NCBI GenBank assembly: GCA_963422365.1
Contig: OY729426.1
Coordinates: 512,001 to 576,000 of the forward strand
Origin: Nitrospirales bacterium
Lineage (GTDB): Bacteria > Nitrospirota > Nitrospiria > Nitrospirales > UBA8639
Direction of reading: 5' to 3'
DNA length: 64,000 bases
Shown here: piece after piece, positions 1 to 10,294 of the stretch
Position numbering within the stretch: the stretch's first letter is position 1
How the letters are laid out: each line of letters opens with the position of its first letter
The notes under the pieces: model-generated
The model's input: only the letters and a program-made list of their open reading frames with translations
What the model was told of the DNA's origin: nothing
Databases searched by the model: none
Translations under genes and position numbers: made by a program

Positions 1-1
1 C

Positions 2-634
2 ATGGCACGGCTGCAATGGAACCTGTTCGGTCGGGAGCTCAAATGGCGACAAAGTGACGTCTCGTTCCATAAGAAACCCACGGGAAGTCTCTCGCTTGCA
101 GGGTATACCACCACCGGCAAATGTACGCGATGGTCGTCAGGCGGGTGTGGAAATCTCGATAATGGTGTTACCAAATTTACCGAGCCAAATGAGGCCAAAA
201 CTGGCCAATTCCGCGTCGAAGGGGTTCAGGTCGGGTCGGCTTTCAAGTATCGCGGGTTTGCCTGGCAACATGAAACACATTGGAAACAGATCAAGGATGC
301 GGGTAATTCTAAGTTGGCAGAGGGAGAGAACCGATCAGGAGGAAAAACGAACATGTTCGGGGGATATGCCATGGCCGGCTACTTTCCACACGATATCTTT
401 CCGGCCATTCCCAAACCATTGGAAGTGGCATTCCGATATGCACACGTAGACCCGAACATCAGTCAATCCGGAGATTTCCGCCAAGAATATACCGCCGGTT
501 TGAATTGGTTCTTCGCCGGCCATCGAAACAAACTGACGCTTGACGCCTCCCACCTCACGCTCGCGAATGAAAAGGAAGGCCACGAAGACTACAGCGAACA
601 ACGCGTCCGCCTCCAGTGGGACGTGTCATTCTGA
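2..634 (+). CDS. Phosphate-selective porin OprO/OprP-like outer-membrane protein, C-terminal part (5' end outside window)
   Basis: Amphipathic beta strands, 'EYTAGLNWFFAGHRNKLTLD' and C-terminal 'RVRLQWDVSF' beta-signal; lies in a phosphate-uptake neighbourhood. Confidence 0.7.
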   Translation: MARLQWNLFGRELKWRQSDVSFHKKPTGSLSLAGYTTTGKCTRWSSGGCGNLDNGVTKFTEPNEAKTGQFRVEGVQVGSAFKYRGFAWQHETHWKQIKDAGNSKLAEGENRSGGKTNMFGGYAMAGYFPHDIFPAIPKPLEVAFRYAHVDPNISQSGDFRQEYTAGLNWFFAGHRNKLTLDASHLTLANEKEGHEDYSEQRVRLQWDVSF

Positions 635-1000
635 TCCTCCTGTCGGGAAGCGCCGTGGAACGTGACGTTCCAAGGAGCTTCCTCCCTCTTTTCTTCTCGG
701 CCACTCATGGCCGCATGAGATGCGGCCCTACACATACAACAGCTACGAATGTGAAATGCTGCTGCAACAGAACTCATCAGGATGTAGCGGCGACATCCCT
801 GCTCGAAGGCAGAGCCTGCCCCGTACCCTGATACGGAGGACAGGCCTTATCGCGCTTCATTGTGGGCGGCAGCCGGCATGTTCCGGGCTGGGAACCAGGA
901 TGCCACGCTACACAAATGACAAAATTCGGCCGCGACAGCACGCCGGCGGTCGCATGGAAAGCGAGAAAAAAACAACGGACATGATGATGCGCCCCCGCCC

Positions 1001-1214
1001 GTCATTCCCGCGAAAGCGGGAATCCAGACTCTTTCGGCTTCCCGCTTTCGTGAGGACAAACACAGAAAAGACGGGCTGGATTCTCGCTCACAGCCGGCGA
1101 GAACGACAGGGGACTGATACCATGGCTTTCATGAAATGGGCTTCCACTGGATTCTCGCCCCGTCCCCGACCTGCTCGGGGATCGTGGACGAGGTCAAGCT
1201 TGCGCGGGCATGAC
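1001..1214. repeat. Cluster of short palindromic REP/dRS3-like elements (ATTCCC-N8-GGGAAT type)
   Basis: GTCATTCCCGCGAAAGCGGGAATCCAG at 1001-1027, a degenerate inverted copy at ~1035-1061, and CTGGATTCTCGC... variants at 1076-1107 and 1147-1214. Confidence 0.75.
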
Positions 1215-1306
1215 GTCGGCCCTGCATTGTGACGGTTGTTTTGTCAAAATCACTCATCCATCAAAAGAAAGTTGACAGCCTACTAGGCTGAGACGGCCAA
1301 CCCGTT

Positions 1307-1966
1307 TTACCGTAATTCTTTGAATCGTATCCCGACTTGCCACGGCTTCCCTGTGGCGAAGGGTACGAATGTTTCTCTTTGCGGTGGAACCATGAAGCGG
1401 GCTGGATGAAACACCAGTCGCCCGGGTTGGGGCTCCATTTGTTTGAGAGGCTGGTGTCTGACTGGTGACCGGTATTCTTCGATATCCTGCCAAATTTCAG
1501 TCTGGGCCCCATGATTACTCAGGATCACGTACAGCACGTTCCCCTGAATAAACATTCCTCCTGAAGTCATCAATTCGTACACGTCGGAAATCTCTCCGCG
1601 CTCATAAAAGGTGACGACTTCGTTCGGCTGCGCCAGACTGAGCCCTCTGGCAAGCAGCGGCGCAAAAAAATCGATTTCTTTTTGATTAAAGGCCAGAGAA
1701 CGTTCTGATTCGCCCCCGCCTAACAACGGCAAGGAGATAGCGGAGCTTCGTTCGACGTACAGTCCTTTCATCACATTGGCAATATCGGCCTTCTTGAGAT
1801 CAGCCGGATGCGAAAACCCTCTCCCCTGGCTCCTCTCGGAAACAGGCTGAAGCCCGACCACCCGATTGGAGTCCTCATAGACCATCTGGGTCACAACTGG
1901 TGAGATGCCGCTGCAAGCGGCGAGCAGCCAAACCATACTGAATCCGAGTCCCGTCAAGACTTTCAT
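1307..1966 (-). CDS. Hypothetical lipoprotein
   Basis: ORF with likely start MKVLTG at 1966, hydrophobic stretch and lipobox LAAC. Confidence 0.75.
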   Translation of the reverse strand: MKVLTGLGFSMVWLLAACSGISPVVTQMVYEDSNRVVGLQPVSERSQGRGFSHPADLKKADIANVMKGLYVERSSAISLPLLGGGESERSLAFNQKEIDFFAPLLARGLSLAQPNEVVTFYERGEISDVYELMTSGGMFIQGNVLYVILSNHGAQTEIWQDIEEYRSPVRHQPLKQMEPQPGRLVFHPARFMVPPQRETFVPFATGKPWQVGIRFKELR

Positions 1967-2024
1967 CCTTCTTCTCACTCCTTTCTTACGATATACGCGG
2001 CATCGAGTCATCACTATTGGCTAA

Positions 2025-2042
2025 CGGTCATGTCACTGTCAT
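2025..2042 (+). promoter_or_regulatory. Candidate PHO box
   Basis: CGGTCAT-GTCA-CTGTCAT: two half-sites 11 bp apart resembling the PhoB consensus, upstream of the CBS/psiE genes. Confidence 0.4.
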
Positions 2043-2216
2043 ACGAAGGGAAAGCAACGTACGCGTACATCCATTTTATAGCATAACGTCACGATTGACT
2101 TCACTGATTCCGTAGAGCATTCCGGCGATTGCAACGCGTGTTTACTCGACTTTAACTTCAGGGACATCGTCTCTTTACATTGCGTGGATACGCTATCAAC
2201 AATCAGAAGGAGGACG

Positions 2217-2600
2217 ATGCTTCGCATCCAAGAACTCATGAAACGAGATCTGATTGCCGTTCAGAGCGATGAAACCGCGTTCGGGGCTTGCTTGCTCATG
2301 CGCATCCTGAGCATCGGCAGCGTGTTTGTGAAAGAGCAGGGCACCATCATCGGCATCGTCACCGAAGCCGACATCGTCAAAAAAGTGGTGTCGATGAGCC
2401 GAATTCCCGAACAGACACCGGTCAAACAGGTCATGAGTGCGACGGTCATCGGGATCGGGCAAGATCGGCCATTGTTTGAAGCCGCCGACATGATGGAACA
2501 ACATGGCACGCGCCACTTGGCAGTCACGCAGGAAAACGAAATTATCGAGGTCCTGTCTGTTCGAGACATGCTGCATCCCGTAGCCATTGATGACCTCTAA
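2217..2600 (+). CDS. CBS-domain protein
   Basis: Tandem CBS pair (IIGIVTEADIVKKVV ... RHLAV ... VLSVRD); AGGAGG RBS before ATG 2217. Confidence 0.9.
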   Translation: MLRIQELMKRDLIAVQSDETAFGACLLMRILSIGSVFVKEQGTIIGIVTEADIVKKVVSMSRIPEQTPVKQVMSATVIGIGQDRPLFEAADMMEQHGTRHLAVTQENEIIEVLSVRDMLHPVAIDDL

Positions 2601-2676
2601 TAGTCAGACTTCCGCCTTCACGAACTCCAACTCAGACCATACTCGTCTGTCTTGTCTTTCACGCGCACGCGCCGAT

Positions 2677-3103
2677 ATGACCACGATCTGGACGTACGGT
2701 ACGAAAGTCTTGCTGAGTTTGTTAATTCTGACTCTCTTGATGGCGCTGACGGGTGGAGCGGTGAAAAACTTGGCCGAGCTTTATCTCTTTGATATCCGAA
2801 CCGCTGGAAGTGGGGTGCCGAAAGATCATTGTGAATACCTTCCTGCTCCTTGCGATTGTTGCAGTGTCCAAAGCCACCGTCACGTCTTTTTCCGAAGGAC
2901 GAGTCAAAGTGACTTGTATTGTCGATAAGATTTTGGGGGTCATGCTGACCGAAGTCATTTCGCAGTGGGTTCAAGACGCTTCGCTTACGCAATGGCTGAC
3001 CCTTGGAGGTATCCTTCTGGCACTTGCCGTCACCCGAATCGTCGCGGTTCAGTGGTCTCCGACGAAATCTCCCCATCAGGGGTCTGATCGCGAACAGGAA
3101 TGA
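2677..3103 (+). pseudogene. Phosphate-starvation-inducible PsiE-family membrane protein, frameshifted near 2785
   Basis: MTTIWTYGTKVLLSLLILTLLMAL... in one frame continues as ...IIVNTFLLLAIV..FSEGRVKVT.IVD.IL.VMLTEVI in another frame. Confidence 0.65.
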
Positions 3104-4230
3104 GACCGGACGCGAATTCTCTTGTTGTGCAGGGGAAGATCTTGTTGCCATTCAATAGACAAAGGTGGCTTCGTCATCATCTGGCCCCGACGGGCGTCGC
3201 CGTCGCCTGTCGGGGTGGCTCCTGAGGGCGAGCCGGCTTTCCGCACGACGGGTCCTGCCGGGGTGGGTTAGAAGCGGAAGGCCCCGGTCAACCCGACGCG
3301 GGACTCGGCGGGGGCGCCGGGGCGACGCGTCTGCTCGGTGAAGAGCGCCGCCTCCAGCCCGTGGGCCCAGCCCGGCACTGCCAGCCGCAGGCCCCCGTGC
3401 AGCCGCTGGGCCTGCCCGTCCCCCAGACTCAGTTCTCCGTAGGGCGTCAGCCGGCCCCACCCGTCCCAGACCCTCAGGCCGTAGCCCAACTCCACGTCCA
3501 GCCGATCCGGCACCGCCCCCGGGCCCGCCCGTCCCCCACTCACCCCGCCCGGCAGGGCCCCCGGCTCGCTCTCCCACATCGCCTCCAGCCCGCTCCCCGC
3601 CTGACCCCAGACCGGCGTCAGGGAAAAGGCCGGCCCCAGCCCCGCCTCGCCCGGCGCAACCCGCGCGCTGACACTCGCCCCCCCACGCTTCAAAGCCCGC
3701 CGCCTGGTGGGCCACCAGCCAGCGCCCCTGCCCCGTCACCGAGACCCCCAACGCCGGCTGCTCATACGCTAGCCCCGCCCCCACCTCGAGGCCCACACCC
3801 GTCTCCGCATCACCCCCGTCCAGCCGCCCGCCGATCTCCAGGCTCGGCTGCAGCCGGTGCCCCGCCGCCCACGCCCAGGCCGTCTGCCCCGTCAGCATGA
3901 GTCGCAGCCGCTGCACCGCCGCGTCCGCCGCCGGAAGGCCCGGGACTGCCTCCGAGTCCATCCAGACTCCGACAGCGTCGGTTTTGAGCGACAGGGCCAC
4001 AGCCCCGGGCCCCCCGTGCCCCCACCGCCCCCATCCGCATCCCTACGTCGGTCTCCACCTCACCCCGCTTGTCCTTGAGCTGCAACTCGCCCCAGCCCAC
4101 CCCGACCACGCCCCAGACTTCCATGTCTTCGTCCACTGCCCAGCGCAGGTAGGGATACAGGCTGGTTACTGCTGACCGCACATCGCCCCGGCCGGCCTCT
4201 GGCCCAACCGCGAACCGGCCCCGGCCTACG

Positions 4231-6606
4231 CTATGCGAAACGGCCAGGCCGGCCAGGCCCCAGGGATCGGCGTAGTCCACCCCCACCCAGCCGAACACCA
4301 CATCCCCCTCCAGCGCCAGCCGGTCCCCCCGGAATCCCCCCGCCGGCGCCGCCCAGGCCCGCCCCGCTACCGGCCAGCTCATCGCCCCGGCCCCCACCGC
4401 CCCACTCGCCACGGGCTCCCGGCCCCGCCGTGTCGTCCCCCGCCGCCGCCCTGAGCGTCACCGGCCGCCCGCCCAGCGTCACCCGCGTGCCCAGCCCCGC
4501 CGGCCCCCCCATAAGCCGCTCCCCGATGACTGCCACCGCCTGGCTCGCCATCGTGCGCCCAAACCGCCCTAGCCAGTGCGTCGAGACCTCGGCTCGAGCC
4601 GTGTCGCTGACAATGGGGACAAACGCCTGGAATGGCGAAAACTTGCTGGTCGCGCCGCAGACCGCGCTAGGCTGCGCCCCGCCCACAAGCGGCAACGCCG
4701 CCCAGCGGGCAGTACCCGCCTCATAGTGGTACACCGCCACTCCGTCGGCCGGCTCGCCCAGGGGCAGACACACCGTCGCAGTGGCTCCCCCAGGGAACGC
4801 GGAGAGCCGACCCTTGTTCAGGCTGATGTCCACAGCCGGCGAGACCCGTCGGTAGCCCGGCTGGGCCGGCAAATCCGTTGGGGCTCGCTTCACCGTGATC
4901 GTGGTAATCGCCTCACCCCCCAGCTGCTCTAGCGGCAGCGTGAGCCCGAGACCCGCCGGCGCCCCCTGCTCTACCTCCAGCGTGATCCGCTGGCCACGGC
5001 TCACAACAACCTCACCCGCCCGCAGGGGCGCAAACCTCACGTGCCCATCCTGCTCAGCAACCGACACCAACACCCTGATCGTTACCGCCGCCGCCGCCGA
5101 ACGCTCGCCGTGCGTATCCGTGACCGTCAGGGCAAAGGTCAGGGCAATGGTCTTAGCCAGATCGCTCGGCGCCGTGAAGCTCGGGCGGACCGTCTCCGCA
5201 CCCTCCAGCTTGATCTTCGGCGCGGCAGCCGCCTCGACCGGCTCCCAGGCATAGCTCAGCCCCTCGCCCTCCGGGTCGCGGCTCCCCGAGCCGTCAAGCG
5301 TGACCCGCACACCCTGGGCCACCGTCAAGCCCTCCCCGGCATGCGCGACCGGCGGGTCGTTCCCATCGGTCACCGTGACCACAATGGTCTGTTCAAGCGT
5401 CTTCTCTCCCTCCCCCGTTTGGACAACGGCGGTCACGCCCACAATGTACTGGTTGTTGCCCGCGTCGTTCACAGGGTCCGTACTGGCCTCGTCGGCCGGA
5501 GTCTCGAAGTCGGGCACAGCCCTGAAGGTCAGCACCCCCGTGGCAGGGTCCACCTCGAACTGCTCACGATCAACCCCGCCGACAATGGCATAGGTCACAG
5601 CCTCGCCCCCCACGGCCAGCACCGTGCCAACAGCACCCTGGTTCTCCGGCACCTCGAACACGGCAGGGCTGACAATCGCCGCCTCGTCGTCGTCAATATT
5701 GGTGACGGCAACGTCACTCGCGTCAAGCCCGTTGTAGGTGGCATCCGAACTCGCAGCCGCGGCCAGTACGATCCTGTAGGCCTGGTCGCCATCGTCCACC
5801 TCGTCATCCACGCCGGTGACCGTGACCGGGGTCGGCTGGTTCCAGGTGGAAGGGGTGAAGGTCAGTGAGGCCGGGAAAACCGTGCCTTCGCCAGTGTCGG
5901 AACTGGTGACGGTGATGCTGACCTGCTCCCTCGGCTGGCTGTCCAAAACGACGCTGATGGTGTCACTACCGCCACCTTCCGTGGTGGCGGTGCCGCCACC
6001 AGTCTCGGACACCGTGACGCCGGCAGTGTCGTTATCGGTCAGGGTCACACTGACGCCGGTAATGCCCACCGAACCGTAGCCGCCCCCGGAGACTGCATGG
6101 GTGATGGTCGTGCTTCTCTCCCCATCGGTCTCGTCATCCACCCCGGTGACGGTGATGGTTTGTACGGTGTTCCAGTTGGCGCTGGTGAAGGTCAGGGAGG
6201 CCGGGGACACCGTGCCTTCACTGGTATCGCTACTGCTGACAGCGATCGTCACGTCCGCCGTCGGTTGGCTGTCCAACACCACTCTGACGGTGTCCGTCCC
6301 GCCGCTCTCCGTGGTCACCGTGCTGCCACCACTCTCGGTAACCCTCACGCTAAAGACCCCAATCACCTGCACCGCTACGTGCACCCCACTGAGACCTTGG
6401 TAGCCCCCACCGGTTACCGCATGGGTAATTGTGGCAATCCCCTCCTCATCGGTGTCATCATACACGCCGGTGACGATCACGGTCTGAGGCCGATCCCAGT
6501 TCCCCCTGTTAAAGGTCAGCTCGGACGGCGAGACCGTGGCCACGCCCGTCGCGCGACTGACAGGGGTGATGATGACCTTCCCAGTCGGCTGGCCGCCTAA
6601 TACCAC
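4231..6606 (-). CDS. Adhesin fragment: Calx-beta-like repeats, cadherin-like domain, PKD-like domain and linker to barrel
   Basis: VPENQ..VG...PDFETP.D...NNQY..V.VTD.N (cadherin-like); NDPPVAHAG...VTLDGSGSRDPEGEGLSYAW (PKD-like); WLGRFGRT linker helix. Confidence 0.75.
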   Translation of the reverse strand: MVLGGQPTGKVIITPVSRATGVATVSPSELTFNRGNWDRPQTVIVTGVYDDTDEEGIATITHAVTGGGYQGLSGVHVAVQVIGVFSVRVTESGGSTVTTESGGTDTVRVVLDSQPTADVTIAVSSSDTSEGTVSPASLTFTSANWNTVQTITVTGVDDETDGERSTTITHAVSGGGYGSVGITGVSVTLTDNDTAGVTVSETGGGTATTEGGGSDTISVVLDSQPREQVSITVTSSDTGEGTVFPASLTFTPSTWNQPTPVTVTGVDDEVDDGDQAYRIVLAAAASSDATYNGLDASDVAVTNIDDDEAAIVSPAVFEVPENQGAVGTVLAVGGEAVTYAIVGGVDREQFEVDPATGVLTFRAVPDFETPADEASTDPVNDAGNNQYIVGVTAVVQTGEGEKTLEQTIVVTVTDGNDPPVAHAGEGLTVAQGVRVTLDGSGSRDPEGEGLSYAWEPVEAAAAPKIKLEGAETVRPSFTAPSDLAKTIALTFALTVTDTHGERSAAAAVTIRVLVSVAEQDGHVRFAPLRAGEVVVSRGQRITLEVEQGAPAGLGLTLPLEQLGGEAITTITVKRAPTDLPAQPGYRRVSPAVDISLNKGRLSAFPGGATATVCLPLGEPADGVAVYHYEAGTARWAALPLVGGAQPSAVCGATSKFSPFQAFVPIVSDTARAEVSTHWLGRFGRTMASQAVAVIGERLMGGPAGLGTRVTLGGRPVTLRAAAGDDTAGPGARGEWGGGGRGDELAGSGAGLGGAGGGIPGGPAGAGGGCGVRLGGGGLRRSLGPGRPGRFA

Positions 6607-7161
6607 GGTGTAGGTGGCCGTGTTGCCTACGCCACTCGCCTCCGGTCACGGTCACGCTGCCCCTGGAGACAGTGAGACCTCTACCGTCATTATCTATGAG
6701 GTTCACGGCGACGTCCGGGATCGAGACCGGTCCGTAGCCGCCTCCCCTTGCCGTATGACTGATGCTGGTGCTCCTATCTACATCCGTGTCATCATCCACC
6801 CCCGTCACCGTCACGAGCTGCGGAGTGTCCCAGTTACTCGGGGTAAAGGTCAGCTCGGACGGCGAGACCGTGGCCACGCCCGTCGCGCGACTGACAGGGT
6901 GATGATGACCTTCCCAGTCGGCTGGTAGTCTAATACCACGGTGTAGGTGGCCGTGTTACCCGCACCACTTGCCTCCGTCACGGTCACGCTACTCGTGGAG
7001 AACGTCACGCCCGCCTCGTCATCATCGGTCACCGTGACCGCGACATCCGGGATCGAGACCCGCCGATACCCACTTCCCCTTGCCGTATGACGGATACTGG
7101 TGCTCCTATCTACTTCGGTGTCATCATCCACCCCCGTCACCGTCACCGTCTGCGCGGTAGC

Positions 7162-9624
7162 TCAGTTGCTCGGGGTAAAGGTTAAGGCCGCAGAGACCGT
7201 GGCCACGCCAGGGTCACTACTGACAGGGGTGATGATGACCTTCCCAGTCGGCTGGCTGGTTAACACCACCGTGTAGTCCGCCGTGTTGCCTACACCACTC
7301 GCCTCCGTCACGGTCACGCTACTCTCGGAAACCGTCACGCCCGCCTCATCGTCATCCGTCCACTTCACGCTTACAAAAAGACGATTACTATCCAGCTTGT
7401 CGTAGCTCCCGCCTGATGCTTTATGGGTGATCAGTAACGCTCTCAAATTCTTCCGCCGGTCAATGTCATCCGTCACGCACGCCACAATCACCTTCTGCGG
7501 CTGATCCCAGTTGGCAGAAGTAAAAACCAAACGCAGCGGGCTGATGGCGAGCATGTCGGTGTGCTCGGTGGTCGGCGTGATGGTCACCGGCTCACCAGGA
7601 TCCTTACCCAATACGATGCTGTAGCTGTCGCTTTGATGCTCTCCGAGAGCTTCGTCAACGCGCAGGGTGCGCTTGGATATGAGAATCCCACTATCGGTGT
7701 CGTGCACGATTACGCCTACTTCCGCAACGTCATCCGCATCATAGCCCCCGCCCGATGGCGTATGGGTAATGGTGGTGTCACGACCCCCTACGCTGCCGTC
7801 ATCCACCCCAGTGACCGTCACGCGCTGCCCACGCTCCCAGTTGCTCGGGGTAAAGGTCAGACGGGACGGCGTGACCGTGGCCACGCCCCTGTCTTCACTC
7901 CGAATCCCTACCGTCACCTTCCCACTCGGCCGTGCACTTAAACTGACTTCGTAGTTCGCGCTGTTTGTATCCCCACTCTCGTCCACATTGATGCTACTCG
8001 TGCTGGTCATGACACGAATATCGTCGTCTTGCACGGTCACTGCTACACTCGGAACTCGTATGGAGGCATAGCCCCCACCACTGATGCTATGCCTGACCAC
8101 GGCGCGGCGATCTTCTCCCTCGTCATCCTCCACGCCCGTCACGATAACGGGCTGAGCCTGATCCCAGTTCCCCCTGGTAAAGGTCAGACGGGACGGGGAA
8201 ACCGTCGCAATATCCGAGTCGCTACTGACAGGCGTGATGGTGACCTCCCCACTCGGCTGGGTGTTGAGCACTAGGGTGTAGATGGTGCTGCGCCCAGCGC
8301 CACCGGCTTCGGTGACGGTGACCGCATTCTTGGAGACCGTCACGCCGGCAGTATCGTCATCGGTCAGCGTGACGCTCACGTCGGCCACGCTCACGCCACC
8401 ATACCCACCACCACTGGCGTTGTGGCTGATGGTCGTGGTCCGTTCCCAATCGGTGCTGTCATCCACCCCGGTGACGGTGATGGTCTGTGCCGTATCCCAG
8501 TTGCTGGTAGTAAACGTCAGGGACGCCGGCGACACGGTAGCCACGCCAGTATCACTGCTGGTAGGCGTGATGGTCACGTCGCCACCCGGCTGGACATCGA
8601 GCACTACGGTGTAGGTCGTGCTGCGCCCACTACCAATGGCTTCGGTTACCGTGACACTGCTCTTGGATAACGTGACGCTGGCGATGTCATCATCCGCGTT
8701 GGTGACGGCGACGTCGTCGGCATCCTCGCCGCTGTAGTTGGAATCGGTGCTCACCGCCGCAGCCAGTACGATGTTATAGGATTGATCCCCGTCGGTCAGG
8801 TTGTCATCCACACCCGTCACGGTGATCTCCTGGGCCATGTCCCAGTTGCTCGTGGTAAAGGTCAGGGACGCCGGCGTCACCGTGCCTTCACTGGCATCGC
8901 TACTGCTAACCCCAATGACCACGTTCGCCGTCGGTTGGCTGTCCAACACCACGCTGACGGTGTCACTACCGCCACTCTCCGTGGTCGCAGTGCTGCCCTC
9001 ACTCTCGGTAACCATCACGCCGGCAGCGTCATCATCGGTCACCGTGACGCTCACGTCGGCCACGCTCACGCCACCATACCTACCACCACTGGCGTTGTGG
9101 CTGATGGTCGTGGTCCGATCTGCACTATCTACGGCATCGTCCACCCCCGTCACGGTCACCGCCTGCGCGGTGTTCCAATTGCTCGTGGTAAACGTCAGGG
9201 CCGCAGACACGGTGGCCACGCCGGTATCACTGCTGGTAGGCGTGATGGTCACGTCCCCACTCGGCTGGACATCGAGCACTAGGGTGTAGGTGGCGGTATT
9301 GCCACTGCCACTGGCTTCGGTGACCGTGACACTGCTCTTGGATAACGTGACGCCGGCGACCGAAGAAGTAGCCGCAGAGGTGAGAGTCTCCGCTTTCCCA
9401 CCAGTGTCCGTCCAAGTCACAGCGACGGTGATGGCCTTACCGACGTCGGCTCGTGTCAGGGTGTACTTGCTACTGGTGGCCCCGCTGATGGCAATGCCAT
9501 CGCACATGACTGGTGGTGCTCGCACTACTATGCGAAATGCTAGTCCATCGCGCACTCGATAATCCATTAGCTTCGAGCGCATACTGGATCTCGTACCCAA
9601 TGATGTCGGAGCTATCAGGATCAT
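7162..9624 (-). CDS. Adhesin fragment: Calx-beta-like / Ig-like repeats
   Basis: ~110-aa repeats with LTFT.SNW..AQ.VTVTGVDD and V.V.DDD; the N-terminal ~40 aa are probably out of frame. Confidence 0.75.
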   Translation of the reverse strand: MILIAPTSLGTRSSMRSKLMDYRVRDGLAFRIVVRAPPVMCDGIAISGATSSKYTLTRADVGKAITVAVTWTDTGGKAETLTSAATSSVAGVTLSKSSVTVTEASGSGNTATYTLVLDVQPSGDVTITPTSSDTGVATVSAALTFTTSNWNTAQAVTVTGVDDAVDSADRTTTISHNASGGRYGGVSVADVSVTVTDDDAAGVMVTESEGSTATTESGGSDTVSVVLDSQPTANVVIGVSSSDASEGTVTPASLTFTTSNWDMAQEITVTGVDDNLTDGDQSYNIVLAAAVSTDSNYSGEDADDVAVTNADDDIASVTLSKSSVTVTEAIGSGRSTTYTVVLDVQPGGDVTITPTSSDTGVATVSPASLTFTTSNWDTAQTITVTGVDDSTDWERTTTISHNASGGGYGGVSVADVSVTLTDDDTAGVTVSKNAVTVTEAGGAGRSTIYTLVLNTQPSGEVTITPVSSDSDIATVSPSRLTFTRGNWDQAQPVIVTGVEDDEGEDRRAVVRHSISGGGYASIRVPSVAVTVQDDDIRVMTSTSSINVDESGDTNSANYEVSLSARPSGKVTVGIRSEDRGVATVTPSRLTFTPSNWERGQRVTVTGVDDGSVGGRDTTITHTPSGGGYDADDVAEVGVIVHDTDSGILISKRTLRVDEALGEHQSDSYSIVLGKDPGEPVTITPTTEHTDMLAISPLRLVFTSANWDQPQKVIVACVTDDIDRRKNLRALLITHKASGGSYDKLDSNRLFVSVKWTDDDEAGVTVSESSVTVTEASGVGNTADYTVVLTSQPTGKVIITPVSSDPGVATVSAALTFTPSN

Positions 9625-10294
9625 TCCAACTCAGCGTAACCGGTGGGCGATGTTTGCCCGGCGTCGCCGTAAGCCCAGTGGGCGCGGCCAAGCCTTTGGC
9701 CGGCGTTGCGTTGACGGCATTGGATTGTATCCCCACCGCAGTACCAGCCACCGCACGGATGCGGAAGCCATACTCGACGCCATTGGTCAGCCCCGTTACA
9801 ACTTGACTGGTGGTGCTCGCTCCGCTGTTCGGAATGTCAATCCAGCCCCCGGATTCTCTTGCCCCCCTCCAATACTTCACCTGGTACTTCGTGATGTACG
9901 GGTTACGAGGATTAGTCCATCTCAGCGGTATCTGACGGCTACCTATCGTCAGCCTGATTCCAGTAGGCGCGGCAGGGGGACCTACCGGGGTTGCCTTGAC
10001 GACATCGGATTGTCTCCCTTCAGCAGTGCCAGCCATCGCACGGACGCGGAAGTAATATATGGCGCCATTGGTCAGCCCCGTTACAACGTGGCTGGTGGTG
10101 CTCGCTCTACTACCCGAAATGTCAGTCCAGCCGGGCTCGCTCCCGTTGATCAGCCACCACTTCACCTGATACTTCGTTATGCCTGCATTATTCGGATTAT
10201 TCCAGATCAACGTCACCTCACCGTCGCCCGCCACCGCCTTGAGTCCGGTAGGCTTAGGGACGGCTACCTGCGCTTGAACAACGGTGGGCAGCAA
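9470..10294 (-). CDS. Adhesin fragment: fibronectin type III repeats
   Basis: P.GL.A..G...V.L.W.NP....ITKYQV ... V.GLTNG..Y.FR.RA motif twice, plus a truncated third copy. Confidence 0.75.
   Translation of the reverse strand: MLPTVVQAQVAVPKPTGLKAVAGDGEVTLIWNNPNNAGITKYQVKWWLINGSEPGWTDISGSRASTTSHVVTGLTNGAIYYFRVRAMAGTAEGRQSDVVKATPVGPPAAPTGIRLTIGSRQIPLRWTNPRNPYITKYQVKYWRGARESGGWIDIPNSGASTTSQVVTGLTNGVEYGFRIRAVAGTAVGIQSNAVNATPAKGLAAPTGLTATPGKHRPPVTLSWNDPDSSDIIGYEIQYALEANGLSSARWTSISHSSASTTSHVRWHCHQRGHQ

Noticed and set aside
720..1232. 170-aa ORF
   Set aside because: It runs through palindromic repeats and has no recognisable domain
7162..7164. In-frame TGA at a conserved Trp, considered as recoding or readthrough
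   Set aside because: TGA is an ordinary stop in many intact genes here and the same gene has several other lesions, so a nonsense mutation is simpler
3361..9289. Many plus-strand ORFs over the adhesin
   Set aside because: Antisense shadows of GC-rich repetitive coding sequence
5690..9350. Long repeated DNA units, considered as a CRISPR array or DGR template/variable pair
   Set aside because: The repeats are ~330-nt protein-coding modules with no unique spacers, no cas or reverse transcriptase gene, and no evident adenine-specific variation
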